64,000 nt of DNA from an uncultured virus (IMG/VR IMGVR_UViG_3300014205_000210) (IMGVR_UViG_3300014205_000210:1-64000); one strand, 5' to 3'. Shown: positions 1-8,605, counted from the first letter of the stretch. Program-made: numbers and translations. Notes: generated by a model from the letters alone, not told the origin.

Positions 1-21
1 AGCAAAGATGTCAAATACTTT

Positions 22-210
22 TTAGTTTTTTTTGTCTTTTTCGGTAGTTTTAGACCACTCAAGAAGTGCAGCACATATCACATCACCACGTCGTATTTTT
101 CCACCAGGAACTATTTGTTTTTTATGTATAGCATTATTTATATCATACCATTCTTTTTTCGTACAATAAACATGAAGCGGATACGTCGATTTATAATCAC
201 TCATTTTCAT
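22..210 (-). CDS. small hypothetical protein, possibly ribbon-helix-helix DNA-binding
   Basis: 62 aa ORF; beta-strand (PLHVYC) followed by two helices (..GDVICAALLEW); fold call is weak. Confidence 0.4.
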   Translation of the reverse strand: MKMSDYKSTYPLHVYCTKKEWYDINNAIHKKQIVPGGKIRRGDVICAALLEWSKTTEKDKKN

Positions 211-235
211 TTAACCATTCCATAAATTTAATATA

Positions 236-403
236 CTATTGATTTTTGAGCTCTTTGACAATTTTTTTCCAGTCTGCTATTAGTAATTTTACATCGTCAA
301 CAGTGTAACAATTCTTTGGAAATATAACCTTCTCGGCTGCCTTGCATCTGCGCTTCCAGTATTCGGCATCATTGAGTAATTTATCCCCTCGTTTTTTGTT
401 CAT
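236..403 (-). CDS. small hypothetical phage protein
   Basis: Likely start MNKKRG at 403 (GGAGGG RBS; ATGA overlap with upstream stop); shares RRxxAAE..WxxIxKE pattern with 880..1119. Confidence 0.55.
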   Translation of the reverse strand: MNKKRGDKLLNDAEYWKRRCKAAEKVIFPKNCYTVDDVKLLIADWKKIVKELKNQ

Positions 404-675
404 TTTCCCTCCTCGATGCGGGTTATTGTGGCATGCAACCAACGAATCGTAATCATCATTTCTTTGAAAAGTCTTATCAACTCATCCCTCTCCCCTGTGA
501 CGCGGGCGAGGGTGGATTGCAGTTCACTTATCGGAACATATTCTATTTCATCACAATCTGAACCATAATTTGAAAGGTGATTGCATTTTCCGTCCCCGTA
601 ATAATTCACACATTCTTTTTTGCCTGTTTCTGAAAACTCACTCGACAAACAACACATATAAAGATGGCCCGTCAT
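400..675 (-). CDS. Cys-rich small hypothetical protein with C-terminal coiled coil
   Basis: 91 aa ORF with GGGAGGGA RBS. Confidence 0.55.
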   Translation of the reverse strand: MTGHLYMCCLSSEFSETGKKECVNYYGDGKCNHLSNYGSDCDEIEYVPISELQSTLARVTGERDELIRLFKEMMITIRWLHATITRIEEGK

Positions 676-678
676 GTC

Positions 679-744
679 TCATCCCTCCCTGCCGGTTGCG
701 GCGGTAATTTCGTCTATGGTCTGGCCCGGCGTATGCTTATTCAT
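679..744 (-). pseudogene. 21-aa remnant MNKHTPGQTIDEITAATGREG
   Basis: Hand translation; N- and C-terminal ends resemble the common phage KHTPGPW...AKATG small-protein family with the middle missing. Confidence 0.3.
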
Positions 745-883
745 GGGCGGCCTCCGATAGAATTGTTTCTTTTATGACTTTGACGCTATACGGATTTTCC
801 ATCTTCCGTAATGCCTCATGTCTATCTTCCGCCTCAACCTCAAATAACTGCTCAACTATTCTTTTTATCGTGTAGGTGTTCAT
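737..883 (-). CDS. small hypothetical protein (48 aa, MNTYTIKRIVEQLFEVEAEDRHEALRKM...)
   Basis: Hand translation; ATGA overlap with 880..1119 stop; fills the gap in the gene chain. Confidence 0.55.
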   Translation of the reverse strand: MNTYTIKRIVEQLFEVEAEDRHEALRKMENPYSVKVIKETILSEAAHE

Positions 884-1119
884 TCCCCTGCCTCCTTAAT
901 GATGGATTGCCACGCGCTCCAATCTATACACGCTCTACATTTGTGCAACAATTCCTCCGCCGCCACCCTGCGCCGATGCTCGAGGTCGTAGAGGCGCTTG
1001 TAATCGATGGCCTCGACGTATTCCTTGCACGCATCACATCCATTAACATAGTCAGCCATATTACAATCATCACCTTCGGCGAGATTATGGATGCATTTTA
1101 AATTGGGGTATTCAGTCAT
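880..1119 (-). CDS. Cys-rich small hypothetical protein
   Basis: 79 aa ORF, GGAG RBS, same strand as neighbours. Confidence 0.55.
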   Translation of the reverse strand: MTEYPNLKCIHNLAEGDDCNMADYVNGCDACKEYVEAIDYKRLYDLEHRRRVAAEELLHKCRACIDWSAWQSIIKEAGE

Positions 1120-1243
1120 GTTTTTTACACTCCGAACTTACAACTTTTCCATACGGTTTCCAGTAACCACACCTGCAAAACCAATACCTGAGATCTATAA
1201 TATTCATAACTAAGCAATATAAAGCAGAACGATTTTTACCCAT
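1112..1243 (-). CDS. small hypothetical protein (43 aa, CRC..C..H)
   Basis: Hand translation MGKNRSALYCLVMNIIDLRYWFCRCGYWKPYGKVVSSECKKHD; GGAGGGG RBS. Confidence 0.5.
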   Translation of the reverse strand: MGKNRSALYCLVMNIIDLRYWFCRCGYWKPYGKVVSSECKKHD

Positions 1244-1244
1244 A

Positions 1245-1589
1245 TCACCCCTCCTTGATCTTATTGAGGGCGGCGATATCATCTATCGTGTTTCCATCCG
1301 GGTCAATCCCAAGTTCCCGACATAATTTATACGATGCACCAGAACCGCAACCGAATAGTTCTTGAATCATCCAAGTATTGCGCGTGCGTTTATTCCACGC
1401 CTTACTCATTAAACGCCGCATATTAGATAATACAATTATACGCTCTGCCTTATACCGGTCGCGCTCGGCGGTGAATAGAATAATTTCAGCTATTAGGGAT
1501 TCCGCTTGTTCCCTATCGTGTTCATACCACCGAGTACAATGACAGGTAGATAATTCCTGGAGCCATTCAATTGGTGTTTTACTATCCAT
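1245..1589 (-). CDS. hypothetical phage protein
   Basis: 114 aa ORF with GGAGGAAGGGG RBS; C-terminal FGCGSGASYKLCRELGIDPD segment. Confidence 0.6.
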   Translation of the reverse strand: MDSKTPIEWLQELSTCHCTRWYEHDREQAESLIAEIILFTAERDRYKAERIIVLSNMRRLMSKAWNKRTRNTWMIQELFGCGSGASYKLCRELGIDPDGNTIDDIAALNKIKEG

Positions 1590-1600
1590 CCCCTTCCTCC

Positions 1601-1786
1601 TTACGCCCGTGGGCGGGTGTTAATCTTTTTATCTATCAAGTAATTTTTATAATGCCAGTCTACATCAGCACGTTCGGAAATCGATAAATCTCCATACGGT
1701 TTCCCGCCGTGTCTGCTATACCATATTTCAAAATCAGTCCTTTCGTCATAATTGTAATCATAATCTTCGTATGTTCCTTCCCCCAT
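1601..1786 (-). CDS. small hypothetical protein
   Basis: 61 aa ORF, GGGGAG RBS. Confidence 0.5.
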   Translation of the reverse strand: MGEGTYEDYDYNYDERTDFEIWYSRHGGKPYGDLSISERADVDWHYKNYLIDKKINTRPRA

Positions 1787-1790
1787 ATCG

Positions 1791-2045
1791 CTACTCCCCC
1801 TTCCCCTCGGGCGGGGCGGGTAACAATGTTTTTATTTTTGAAATTAGCATATTATAGTCTATCTCTATAATGTGCCCCGAAAAACCCTGCCCCTCTTTGG
1901 TGTAATTATTTGCGTCAATAAAATTGATCAATTCCTCCCGCACGTCACGCCAGCCGGGGGCGGGGATGTTTCCAACCCGATCAACACAACATTTTTTAAC
2001 AGTACAGCAGTCTACTTTTGTTTTATCGTAATACTTACACTTCAT
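1791..2045 (-). CDS. small hypothetical protein with DUF551-like boundary motifs
   Basis: GWRDVREEL and LPAPPE resemble the ends of DUF551 (W+SVxERLP...PLPEPP). Confidence 0.45.
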   Translation of the reverse strand: MKCKYYDKTKVDCCTVKKCCVDRVGNIPAPGWRDVREELINFIDANNYTKEGQGFSGHIIEIDYNMLISKIKTLLPAPPEGKGE

Positions 2046-2248
2046 ATAATCCCTGCCTTTGTTCCCTTACTTATAACATCAAGTGCTTTTTCCATTAAAT
2101 CGTCTTCTACAAAAAATATATCAACACCATTCCCAACAGCATCATGAGCGATATTATGTATAAGTTGACCCAATCTTAAATCAGGGTTTGTTTTCCAAAC
2201 AGCCCTTAACTTATTTATAATTTTATCTATTCTTTTTGGGTCTCTCAT
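2042..2248 (-). CDS. conserved small phage protein (MRDPKRID...WxxxPDLRLGQL; YihD/DUF1040-like)
   Basis: Recognisable MRDxxRI and PDLRLGQL motifs; AAGGAG RBS. Confidence 0.7.
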   Translation of the reverse strand: MRDPKRIDKIINKLRAVWKTNPDLRLGQLIHNIAHDAVGNGVDIFFVEDDLMEKALDVISKGTKAGII

Positions 2249-2274
2249 AAAGGTCTCCTTATAAATAACAAATT

Positions 2275-2508
2275 TTATATTGAATTTTTTAAATCTTCTA
2301 AAGAACCAAAAGCATCAACTTCATTGAATTCTCCATGGCAAGTAGCATAATGTTTTCTAGTTGCTCCAAATCTATTCTCAAAATTTGCTTTACTATTACT
2401 AGGGTTCGCCTTAACATTATCAACATAACATCTTGATAACACTGAAGCTGAATGCACTTTATTATTTTTTAAATAATAAATTACTTGCCCTAAATTAAAT
2501 TTAAACAT
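2275..2508 (-). CDS. small hypothetical protein (SH3-like MFKFNLGQVIY start)
   Basis: AAGGAG RBS before ATG at 2508. Confidence 0.6.
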   Translation of the reverse strand: MFKFNLGQVIYYLKNNKVHSASVLSRCYVDNVKANPSNSKANFENRFGATRKHYATCHGEFNEVDAFGSLEDLKNSI

Positions 2509-2531
2509 AGGGTTCTCCTTTGAAATTTTTA

Positions 2532-3191
2532 CTATAAAATAAAGTCCATCCACCAATTACCATCAATAGCTTTATTTAAACCATACCAATTTGTATTGTC
2601 AATTCGCCCTTGAAGAAATTCATGCCAATGACCAAATATCCATAAGTCAGGTTTTAATTTTTCTAATACTATATCAAGTACTTTTCTTGTTGGGTCTGCA
2701 ACCATGTCAGTAAATGAGTATTTAGGTACTTCAAACACTGAAGGGCATGTATGACTTATAATTATATCAACCTTATTTTGTGATAATACAAAGTCAAGGT
2801 CTTTTTGATCTAAAATTTCTTGAGGGAAATAATCATACCCAAAAGTTCTATATCGTTTATCAATTGAATCAGCTCCTCCAAGAAACATCACTCGCTTACC
2901 ATTTAATTCAATGATAGACCCTATTGGGCAATAGAATACATTGCTCTCTACTTCAACTGGGTGCTTACTATGTCGACCTACAATAGACTCATACATATTC
3001 CAGTCTTCATGATTGCCAGGTATTAAATACACTTTGCTATTACCAGGTTTTATTAAACCTTTAGCTTGCTTACCTACCCAAAAATAACCATTATCACCAC
3101 ATTGGAAAACAATATCAGGTTGCTTTACTTCAATCAAAGTATTGAAAGCATTAAAATTACTATGTATATCACCAACAGCAAGAATTTTCAT
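2532..3191 (-). CDS. calcineurin-like metallophosphoesterase
   Basis: GDIH, CGD, GNHE, SHT, FGHWH motifs. Confidence 0.9.
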   Translation of the reverse strand: MKILAVGDIHSNFNAFNTLIEVKQPDIVFQCGDNGYFWVGKQAKGLIKPGNSKVYLIPGNHEDWNMYESIVGRHSKHPVEVESNVFYCPIGSIIELNGKRVMFLGGADSIDKRYRTFGYDYFPQEILDQKDLDFVLSQNKVDIIISHTCPSVFEVPKYSFTDMVADPTRKVLDIVLEKLKPDLWIFGHWHEFLQGRIDNTNWYGLNKAIDGNWWMDFIL

Positions 3192-3217
3192 TTTTAAAAA
3201 CTATTCTCCTTTAATAT

Positions 3218-3227
3218 ATAATACAAC
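3218..3227 (-). promoter_or_regulatory. class I promoter-like motif (GTTGTATTAT)
   Basis: Variant of recurrent TTTGTATWMW just upstream of AAAGGAG RBS of 2532..3191. Confidence 0.5.
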
Positions 3228-3237
3228 TTTAAAATTA

Positions 3238-3267
3238 AAAAATAACCTTAATTTTATGGATTAAGGT
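3238..3267 (-). terminator. probable intrinsic terminator
   Basis: ACCTTAAT/ATTAAGGT stem (3245-3252, 3260-3267) followed by a T-rich tract on the minus strand. Confidence 0.5.
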
Positions 3268-3331
3268 CAATAGAGGTTGTAATGAAAAAATACTTGTAAA
3301 TTAAGCGGAGGCCCATTTTTCCATTTAACAA

Positions 3332-3340
3332 TTATTAGTA
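3332..3340 (-). promoter_or_regulatory. class II (late-like) promoter motif TACTAATAA
   Basis: Same motif as upstream of virion genes; here intergenic. Confidence 0.45.
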
Positions 3341-3422
3341 TAAATAGTTCTATTAAGTTAACAATTTTGCAAAAAATACTTATTATATAAATTTTTATAT
3401 AAATAATTTTATATAAATATTT

Positions 3423-3686
3423 TTACTTATCCATTTCAATAACAGAAGCTTTAAGAGTTTCTCCAAAGAATATTCGGTCAAATTCAGCTTGAGGTACTTC
3501 AAATTCCATAATTTTAATAAATTCAAATGTACCTTTTAGTTCTAATTCTTTAATTTGGCCTAATTCCTGTCGTAGATAAGTCGGGTTAATTTCATTTGTA
3601 TATTCATCTACTGCAACTAGCAGTTCAGGAGCATATTCACCTTCATATTGTTCTTTTCTTTGGCCAAAAATTGTTATTATTTTCAT
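3423..3686 (-). CDS. hypothetical phage protein
   Basis: Likely start MKIITIFGQRKE at 3686 (GGAGG RBS). Confidence 0.65.
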   Translation of the reverse strand: MKIITIFGQRKEQYEGEYAPELLVAVDEYTNEINPTYLRQELGQIKELELKGTFEFIKIMEFEVPQAEFDRIFFGETLKASVIEMDK

Positions 3687-3943
3687 ATAACCTCCAAGAT
3701 AACTTTTGTGCCTTTCGGCAAGATTCGTACTATGAACGCAGTGCTTCCAGACCAACAGCTTTTTCTTGTAAGATTTGATAAATCTATAATACACAATTTA
3801 TTAGAATGAGGCGATCTCATCACAATTGAACCATTATATTGTTCAACTTTATGGTCAATAATAACACCAATTTCACCATAGTCCATTTTATTCATCGGTT
3901 TTATAACATCAATACTTTTTTCTTCTACTGTTGCCTTTATCAT
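3683..3943 (-). CDS. hypothetical protein
   Basis: 86 aa ORF, AAGGAG RBS. Confidence 0.6.
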   Translation of the reverse strand: MIKATVEEKSIDVIKPMNKMDYGEIGVIIDHKVEQYNGSIVMRSPHSNKLCIIDLSNLTRKSCWSGSTAFIVRILPKGTKVILEVI

Positions 3944-3955
3944 AAGGGTTTCTCC

Positions 3956-4237
3956 TTAGTTAATCAAATCTACAAGACGAGTAAAATGGCATTCTACTTC
4001 TGATAATCCACAAGCATGACCATCTTGCCAAGCTATATCAAAACACAGTTCAGCTTTAGGGTTTAATTCAACTTCGAATTCTTTAAAAAGAGCATACTTA
4101 AAGTCTACTCTTTCAATTTTTTGTATTTGCCGTGCATGATTTCTCAAAGCTTCAAGAAATTCTTCTTTTGTTTCAAAGTCTCTATTATCTGGAGGAATTA
4201 AATTTCTTACTTGATCTTCAAATTTTTCATAAATCAT
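3956..4237 (-). CDS. hypothetical phage protein (AWxDGHAxG motif)
   Basis: 93 aa ORF, AAAGGAG RBS. Confidence 0.65.
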   Translation of the reverse strand: MIYEKFEDQVRNLIPPDNRDFETKEEFLEALRNHARQIQKIERVDFKYALFKEFEVELNPKAELCFDIAWQDGHACGLSEVECHFTRLVDLIN

Positions 4238-4296
4238 TTTGGGTCTCCTTTACTATTTAATAGTCATAATGTATTATATTACTATCAAAAAGTACA

Positions 4297-4328
4297 CCAC
4301 TTTTTTCTATATTTTAAGAAAAAAGTGG
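4297..4328. terminator. 12-bp hairpin, probable terminator
   Basis: CCACTTTTTTCT (4297-4308) / AGAAAAAAGTGG (4317-4328) perfect inverted repeat in intergenic space. Confidence 0.55.
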
Positions 4329-4356
4329 CATTTATATAAGAAGGATTTTGATAATT

Positions 4357-4536
4357 TTAAAGAACTACAACATCTTCAGATTGCATAAAAACTTCAGTAA
4401 TATTAGGCAATTGAACAAATTCTATAGAATTTATTACCTCTGAAAAATTAAGTGCTACTATAAATAAATCTTTACAGCGATTACCTTCTTCTGTAATTAT
4501 CTCATACCCAACTCGAAACAACTTTTTCTTTTCCAT
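4357..4536 (-). CDS. small hypothetical protein (59 aa, MEKKKLFRVGYE...)
   Basis: Hand translation; GGGGTG RBS. Confidence 0.5.
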   Translation of the reverse strand: MEKKKLFRVGYEIITEEGNRCKDLFIVALNFSEVINSIEFVQLPNITEVFMQSEDVVVL

Positions 4537-4568
4537 TTCTACACCCCATTAAATTTTTATAATTTTAC

Positions 4569-5141
4569 TTACCAGCTAAGATGTGCTTTTACTTCATAAG
4601 GGCCTGTATATAAACTATCATTTTTATCTATAACTCCTAATGTAATGGTCCAATACTTTGTTAGACACAAAAATTCAAGAATAGGCAAATGATCAATTAC
4701 TACATAAACCTCTTTTTCATTTTCGCCATATCCTAATGTCATATACTTCGGGTCTGTGTAAGAAATATCATGGCATGTATATAACTCACCATTAGGATCT
4801 TCAATTACTATTGATTCATAGTCTAAAGCAAGAGCTTCATTTGCTGTTAACCTAAAAATAACTGGCTGAAATAACAAACAAAACTTGCTAACTGGATCTG
4901 TAATAATCTGAAATCCTTTACTAGTAGATATCTCAACTTTTTCTATAATTGGAGCTACTTTCTCTCGTGGTATAATTGGAACAATAGGGTCTGGTTTACA
5001 ATTACCACAATTTTGACTCATAGACCATGCTACTAACCAATCAGACATTTGCGCTTCTGTGTCAGTTACACCATCAATTCCATCACAAGCAATAAAACTA
5101 AGAGACATTACCATAACCAATTGACTCAATAATTTTTTCAT
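4569..5141 (-). CDS. predicted lipoprotein
   Basis: MKK + hydrophobic stretch + SFIA-C lipobox-like Cys19. Confidence 0.7.
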   Translation of the reverse strand: MKKLLSQLVMVMSLSFIACDGIDGVTDTEAQMSDWLVAWSMSQNCGNCKPDPIVPIIPREKVAPIIEKVEISTSKGFQIITDPVSKFCLLFQPVIFRLTANEALALDYESIVIEDPNGELYTCHDISYTDPKYMTLGYGENEKEVYVVIDHLPILEFLCLTKYWTITLGVIDKNDSLYTGPYEVKAHLSW

Positions 5142-5158
5142 TATCTTAAAACTCCTTA

Positions 5159-5596
5159 TTAAAATTTATAACCAAAAATAAAACTGCCGCCATTTATATT
5201 AAAACTTTTTTCATAAATAGCATGAGAATACATCCAACTAAAGCCAAATGTAAATGAAGGCGTAATTTCTCGCATATATCCTACTCCTACACCTGGCAAA
5301 AGAACAATATGCTTATATGTATTTGAATAAGCCATAAACATAAGAGGCTGTATAAAAAACATATTCTTTTTTTCTTTAGAAAACTTTACCTCGCATTTTT
5401 CTGCTATTGACTTTTTAATAGTTTTCTGTTTCTGCTGTATTTTACTTGGTTTTATTACAGGCTTTTGAATAGGTTTAACAGTTTCAACTTCTGTTTTGGC
5501 CCAGCTTTGACATTTCCAAGTTTCAGTAGTTTGGGTATATCCACTACTAATTATAGTAAATATGCATATACACATGATAATAAAAGCTTTTTTCAT
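5159..5596 (-). CDS. secreted/outer-membrane beta-strand protein
   Basis: Signal peptide, Lys/Pro-rich linker, about four amphipathic beta-strands ending GYKF. Confidence 0.6.
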   Translation of the reverse strand: MKKAFIIMCICIFTIISSGYTQTTETWKCQSWAKTEVETVKPIQKPVIKPSKIQQKQKTIKKSIAEKCEVKFSKEKKNMFFIQPLMFMAYSNTYKHIVLLPGVGVGYMREITPSFTFGFSWMYSHAIYEKSFNINGGSFIFGYKF

Positions 5597-5610
5597 TTTC
5601 TCTAAACTCC

Positions 5611-6084
5611 TTAATTAAGTATAAGCTCAATTGTATTTTTAAATACCCTCACTAATTGTTCAGATATATTAAATCTAGTTGTATTTATTTCAAGACTTTT
5701 ATAGATATTACCATCATTATGTCGTTTTGAAGCACAATACCAATCAATCACCATTTCAAGCAAATCAATTAATGTCATATCATTAATACCGTTTTTAAAA
5801 TGCTCAGGATGATGTCTGTTATTAGCATAATGATGATCAAGCGCTATTTTTAATTGGTCTAAAGTCTTTTTGTATTCTTCTGAACCATATGTTGTTTGTG
5901 CTAATCGAGGGGTTAACTCTGAAAATAACCCAAATTCGGGAACTTCTAATTTTGATTGATCATGAGAATCTGCGCGTTGTTTAATAACTTCAGCAAAATT
6001 ATATAATAAATCTTTAACTAATATTTTATGCTCTGTAGTACTATTAACACATTCTAAGTCTTCTTTCGTCTCAATTTTAAACAT
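5611..6084 (-). CDS. HD-like phosphohydrolase (DUF5662-type)
   Basis: H..HDQSK..HHYANNRHHPEH..EMVIDW motifs. Confidence 0.75.
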   Translation of the reverse strand: MFKIETKEDLECVNSTTEHKILVKDLLYNFAEVIKQRADSHDQSKLEVPEFGLFSELTPRLAQTTYGSEEYKKTLDQLKIALDHHYANNRHHPEHFKNGINDMTLIDLLEMVIDWYCASKRHNDGNIYKSLEINTTRFNISEQLVRVFKNTIELILN

Positions 6085-7264
6085 TTAATTTTTTGACCTC
6101 TTTAATATAATTCCATTCTACCATTATTTGATATACAGTTCTCATATCTTTCTTATCAAACCATTGAGATAATTGTCTCATAATAAATCCTTTATCTCCA
6201 TTAGTATTTATTATTTTAACACAATCTTCTACTTTATTTTTAAATATAATTTTATCGATGCCAAGAATAACATCTTTTTTAATACGTTCCCAAGACTTAT
6301 CAATTTGAAGTTGAGAATATTCTTCTTTTAATAGTTCAACTACATGATTAAAAAATTCTTCAGATTTTATATTATCGCCATTGTAGTCTTCTACAGCATT
6401 TAATGTAGTATTAATAATAGAATAATGGGGAATTGAATCATTTACCCAATGAATTGCTTCAATGTCTTCACTTTTACATTTGAATTGTATATAATCATTA
6501 TCTTCTGTTTTTACATATAATACAAATCCTTCAGACCCGGTTATTGAACCATCTTCATTTTTAATATTATTATTTTTATTATCTTGTCTTAGTTGATCAT
6601 AAAATTTAGTTATGTCTTCAGTAGTATCTAATTGTTGTAGACAAGGTAAAGAAATATCTATACCAAAAAATCCTGGCATCATTACTTTATGATTTTGCTG
6701 TTTAATTCCAAATAAAAGTTTAGCATCTAAAGAAGTATTATATTTTATAAGTAAGGGATTTCGAGTACCATACATTTCAAATGATAGTGAGTATTCTCCA
6801 CTTAAAACTACTTCAGGTTTTTTTAATTCAGAGTACATTTTAAGAACATCATTCCACATTTCTAGAAAATTACCAAATTTATTCTCTTTAAGAACTGGGG
6901 TTAAACGAGTCTTAAAAGTAATATATCGTTTACCCTCAATGTCTGAGTATGAAAAACATAAAATGTTAGTTCCATCTAATTTAGAATAAACATATACGCG
7001 TTTAAATTTAGGCCAATGATAATTTCTATCTCCAATATCTGTAGTAGAAAACGGATAGTGTAATTTAGGAGTGCAATAAATAATTTGAGACTCGACATCC
7101 TTTTCATTAACTTTATAGATAATTAAAGACCCATATCTGTAATCAGATCGTCTACAAAGATAGCCTTCTATAGTATTATTAATATTAAAAGGGTCTTTTT
7201 CAATAAAAGAATTTAGTTCATTTTCTTTTACATCTAAAAGTTTAGCTGCATCTTCTATATTCAT
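6077..7264 (-). CDS. ATP-dependent RNA ligase (Rnl1-like)
   Basis: Motif I SKLDGT, III SFEMYG, IV EGFVL, V FKCK; directly downstream of Pnkp; start placed at ATG 7264 after GAGGAG (track start 7279). Confidence 0.8.
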   Translation of the reverse strand: MNIEDAAKLLDVKENELNSFIEKDPFNINNTIEGYLCRRSDYRYGSLIIYKVNEKDVESQIIYCTPKLHYPFSTTDIGDRNYHWPKFKRVYVYSKLDGTNILCFSYSDIEGKRYITFKTRLTPVLKENKFGNFLEMWNDVLKMYSELKKPEVVLSGEYSLSFEMYGTRNPLLIKYNTSLDAKLLFGIKQQNHKVMMPGFFGIDISLPCLQQLDTTEDITKFYDQLRQDNKNNNIKNEDGSITGSEGFVLYVKTEDNDYIQFKCKSEDIEAIHWVNDSIPHYSIINTTLNAVEDYNGDNIKSEEFFNHVVELLKEEYSQLQIDKSWERIKKDVILGIDKIIFKNKVEDCVKIINTNGDKGFIMRQLSQWFDKKDMRTVYQIMVEWNYIKEVKKLNV

Positions 7265-7275
7265 GTAGTTTCTCC

Positions 7276-8187
7276 TCAAAAATCGTGGCCAGCACAGTCA
7301 AGACAAGTAATACCAAGCTCATTTCGTACCATATCAATGACCTGACGGCGATCATCGATCCAGTATAAACAATTGTATTTATTTTTAATATGTAAATTAA
7401 ATAATTCTTTTTTAACAATAGAGTCCTTTCTACGATCTCCAGTTTTTCTCATATAAACAAAATCATATCCTATATCATTTTTTTGTAACCATTTTTCAGT
7501 ATCTTCCATACAACAATCATCTCTTCCAGAGAATATAATAACATGAAATAGATGTGGTTTATAGTAACCTTTTTTAATTAAGTGTAGTAAATCTGCTATA
7601 GGTTGATTTATTTTATCTTCAATAACTTTACCAAAGTCATAAGGGCTTCTATTACCTCTTATTGCTAAAGTCCCGTCGATATCCACTATTACACAGTCAC
7701 AAAGAGAATCATTATATTCTATTTTAATATCTCTCTCATGTCGCTCAATCATATCATTAAGTTCTTTAGAATATTTCTTCCAAGTATTTTTAAGAACTTC
7801 TGCCCCTATTACAAAATCGCGTTTACTATCTCGTTCAATAGCTTCTTCAAGAGTAATAGGGAACTCTTTTACTTCAAATATTGGAATTTCCAAACCATTT
7901 AATTCACAAAATTTAATAATAAGATTTCTGTCAGTATTATAATTATCTTTATTAAGATTCATTTTATCTATGATAAGATTATACCTTCTACAAAGAATGT
8001 CTTCAATAGCCTTGTTTTCTATATCAGTAACTAATCTCTCATTATCTTTATTAAATTTATATGAGCTAAGCATATGACGTAAATCATCGCGGCACACTCG
8101 TTTGTAATTTTGATTTTCTTTAATAAATTGTTTAGCCCAAGTTGATTTTCCTGAGGCTTGAATCCCGCGAAGAAACAGAATTTTCAT
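7276..8187 (-). CDS. pseT: polynucleotide 5'-kinase/3'-phosphatase
   Basis: N-terminal GIQASGKST and RDDLR kinase; C-terminal HAD DIDGT, SGR, K, DDR as in T4 Pnkp. Confidence 0.92.
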   Translation of the reverse strand: MKILFLRGIQASGKSTWAKQFIKENQNYKRVCRDDLRHMLSSYKFNKDNERLVTDIENKAIEDILCRRYNLIIDKMNLNKDNYNTDRNLIIKFCELNGLEIPIFEVKEFPITLEEAIERDSKRDFVIGAEVLKNTWKKYSKELNDMIERHERDIKIEYNDSLCDCVIVDIDGTLAIRGNRSPYDFGKVIEDKINQPIADLLHLIKKGYYKPHLFHVIIFSGRDDCCMEDTEKWLQKNDIGYDFVYMRKTGDRRKDSIVKKELFNLHIKNKYNCLYWIDDRRQVIDMVRNELGITCLDCAGHDF

Positions 8188-8409
8188 TTATTTTATTCCT
8201 TTTATATTTGATACTGGCACATCTAAAAATGGCTCAAAACCTTTTTCATTTATTTGAGCAAAAAGAAATTGTCCGTCTATTTTTTCACCATTAAGTTTTT
8301 TCATTGTATTTGGAACATAATAGTTAATTAAATATTGAGCCATTTCAGTTTCAACATAGCAATATTTAAAAAATAATTTAGTAATTATATGCTTTATAAG
8401 TTTTTTCAT
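8188..8409 (-). CDS. small hypothetical protein
   Basis: 73 aa ORF abutting neighbours. Confidence 0.5.
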   Translation of the reverse strand: MKKLIKHIITKLFFKYCYVETEMAQYLINYYVPNTMKKLNGEKIDGQFLFAQINEKGFEPFLDVPVSNIKGIK

Positions 8410-8588
8410 TTCTTTTTACACACAACATTAACAATTAAACCTTGTATTGCTGCACTTTTAATAATTTCATAGTCCATATTAGCTTTTTCACATTTTACTT
8501 TAGCAGAAATAATTTCATCATTTGATATTCCTGTAAAATTATTGCACCCAACGCATAAAAAACAAATAAGTAAAACAAATTTTTTCAT
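8406..8588 (-). CDS. small predicted lipoprotein
   Basis: MKKFVLLICFLCVG-C lipobox; AAGGAG RBS before ATG at 8588. Confidence 0.65.
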   Translation of the reverse strand: MKKFVLLICFLCVGCNNFTGISNDEIISAKVKCEKANMDYEIIKSAAIQGLIVNVVCKKK

Positions 8589-8605
8589 AAAAATTCTCCT
8601 TATAA

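Noticed and set aside
3370..3424. Repeated TATATAAAT units as iterons or an origin
   Set aside because: Almost pure A/T low-complexity sequence; not distinguishable from background by eye.
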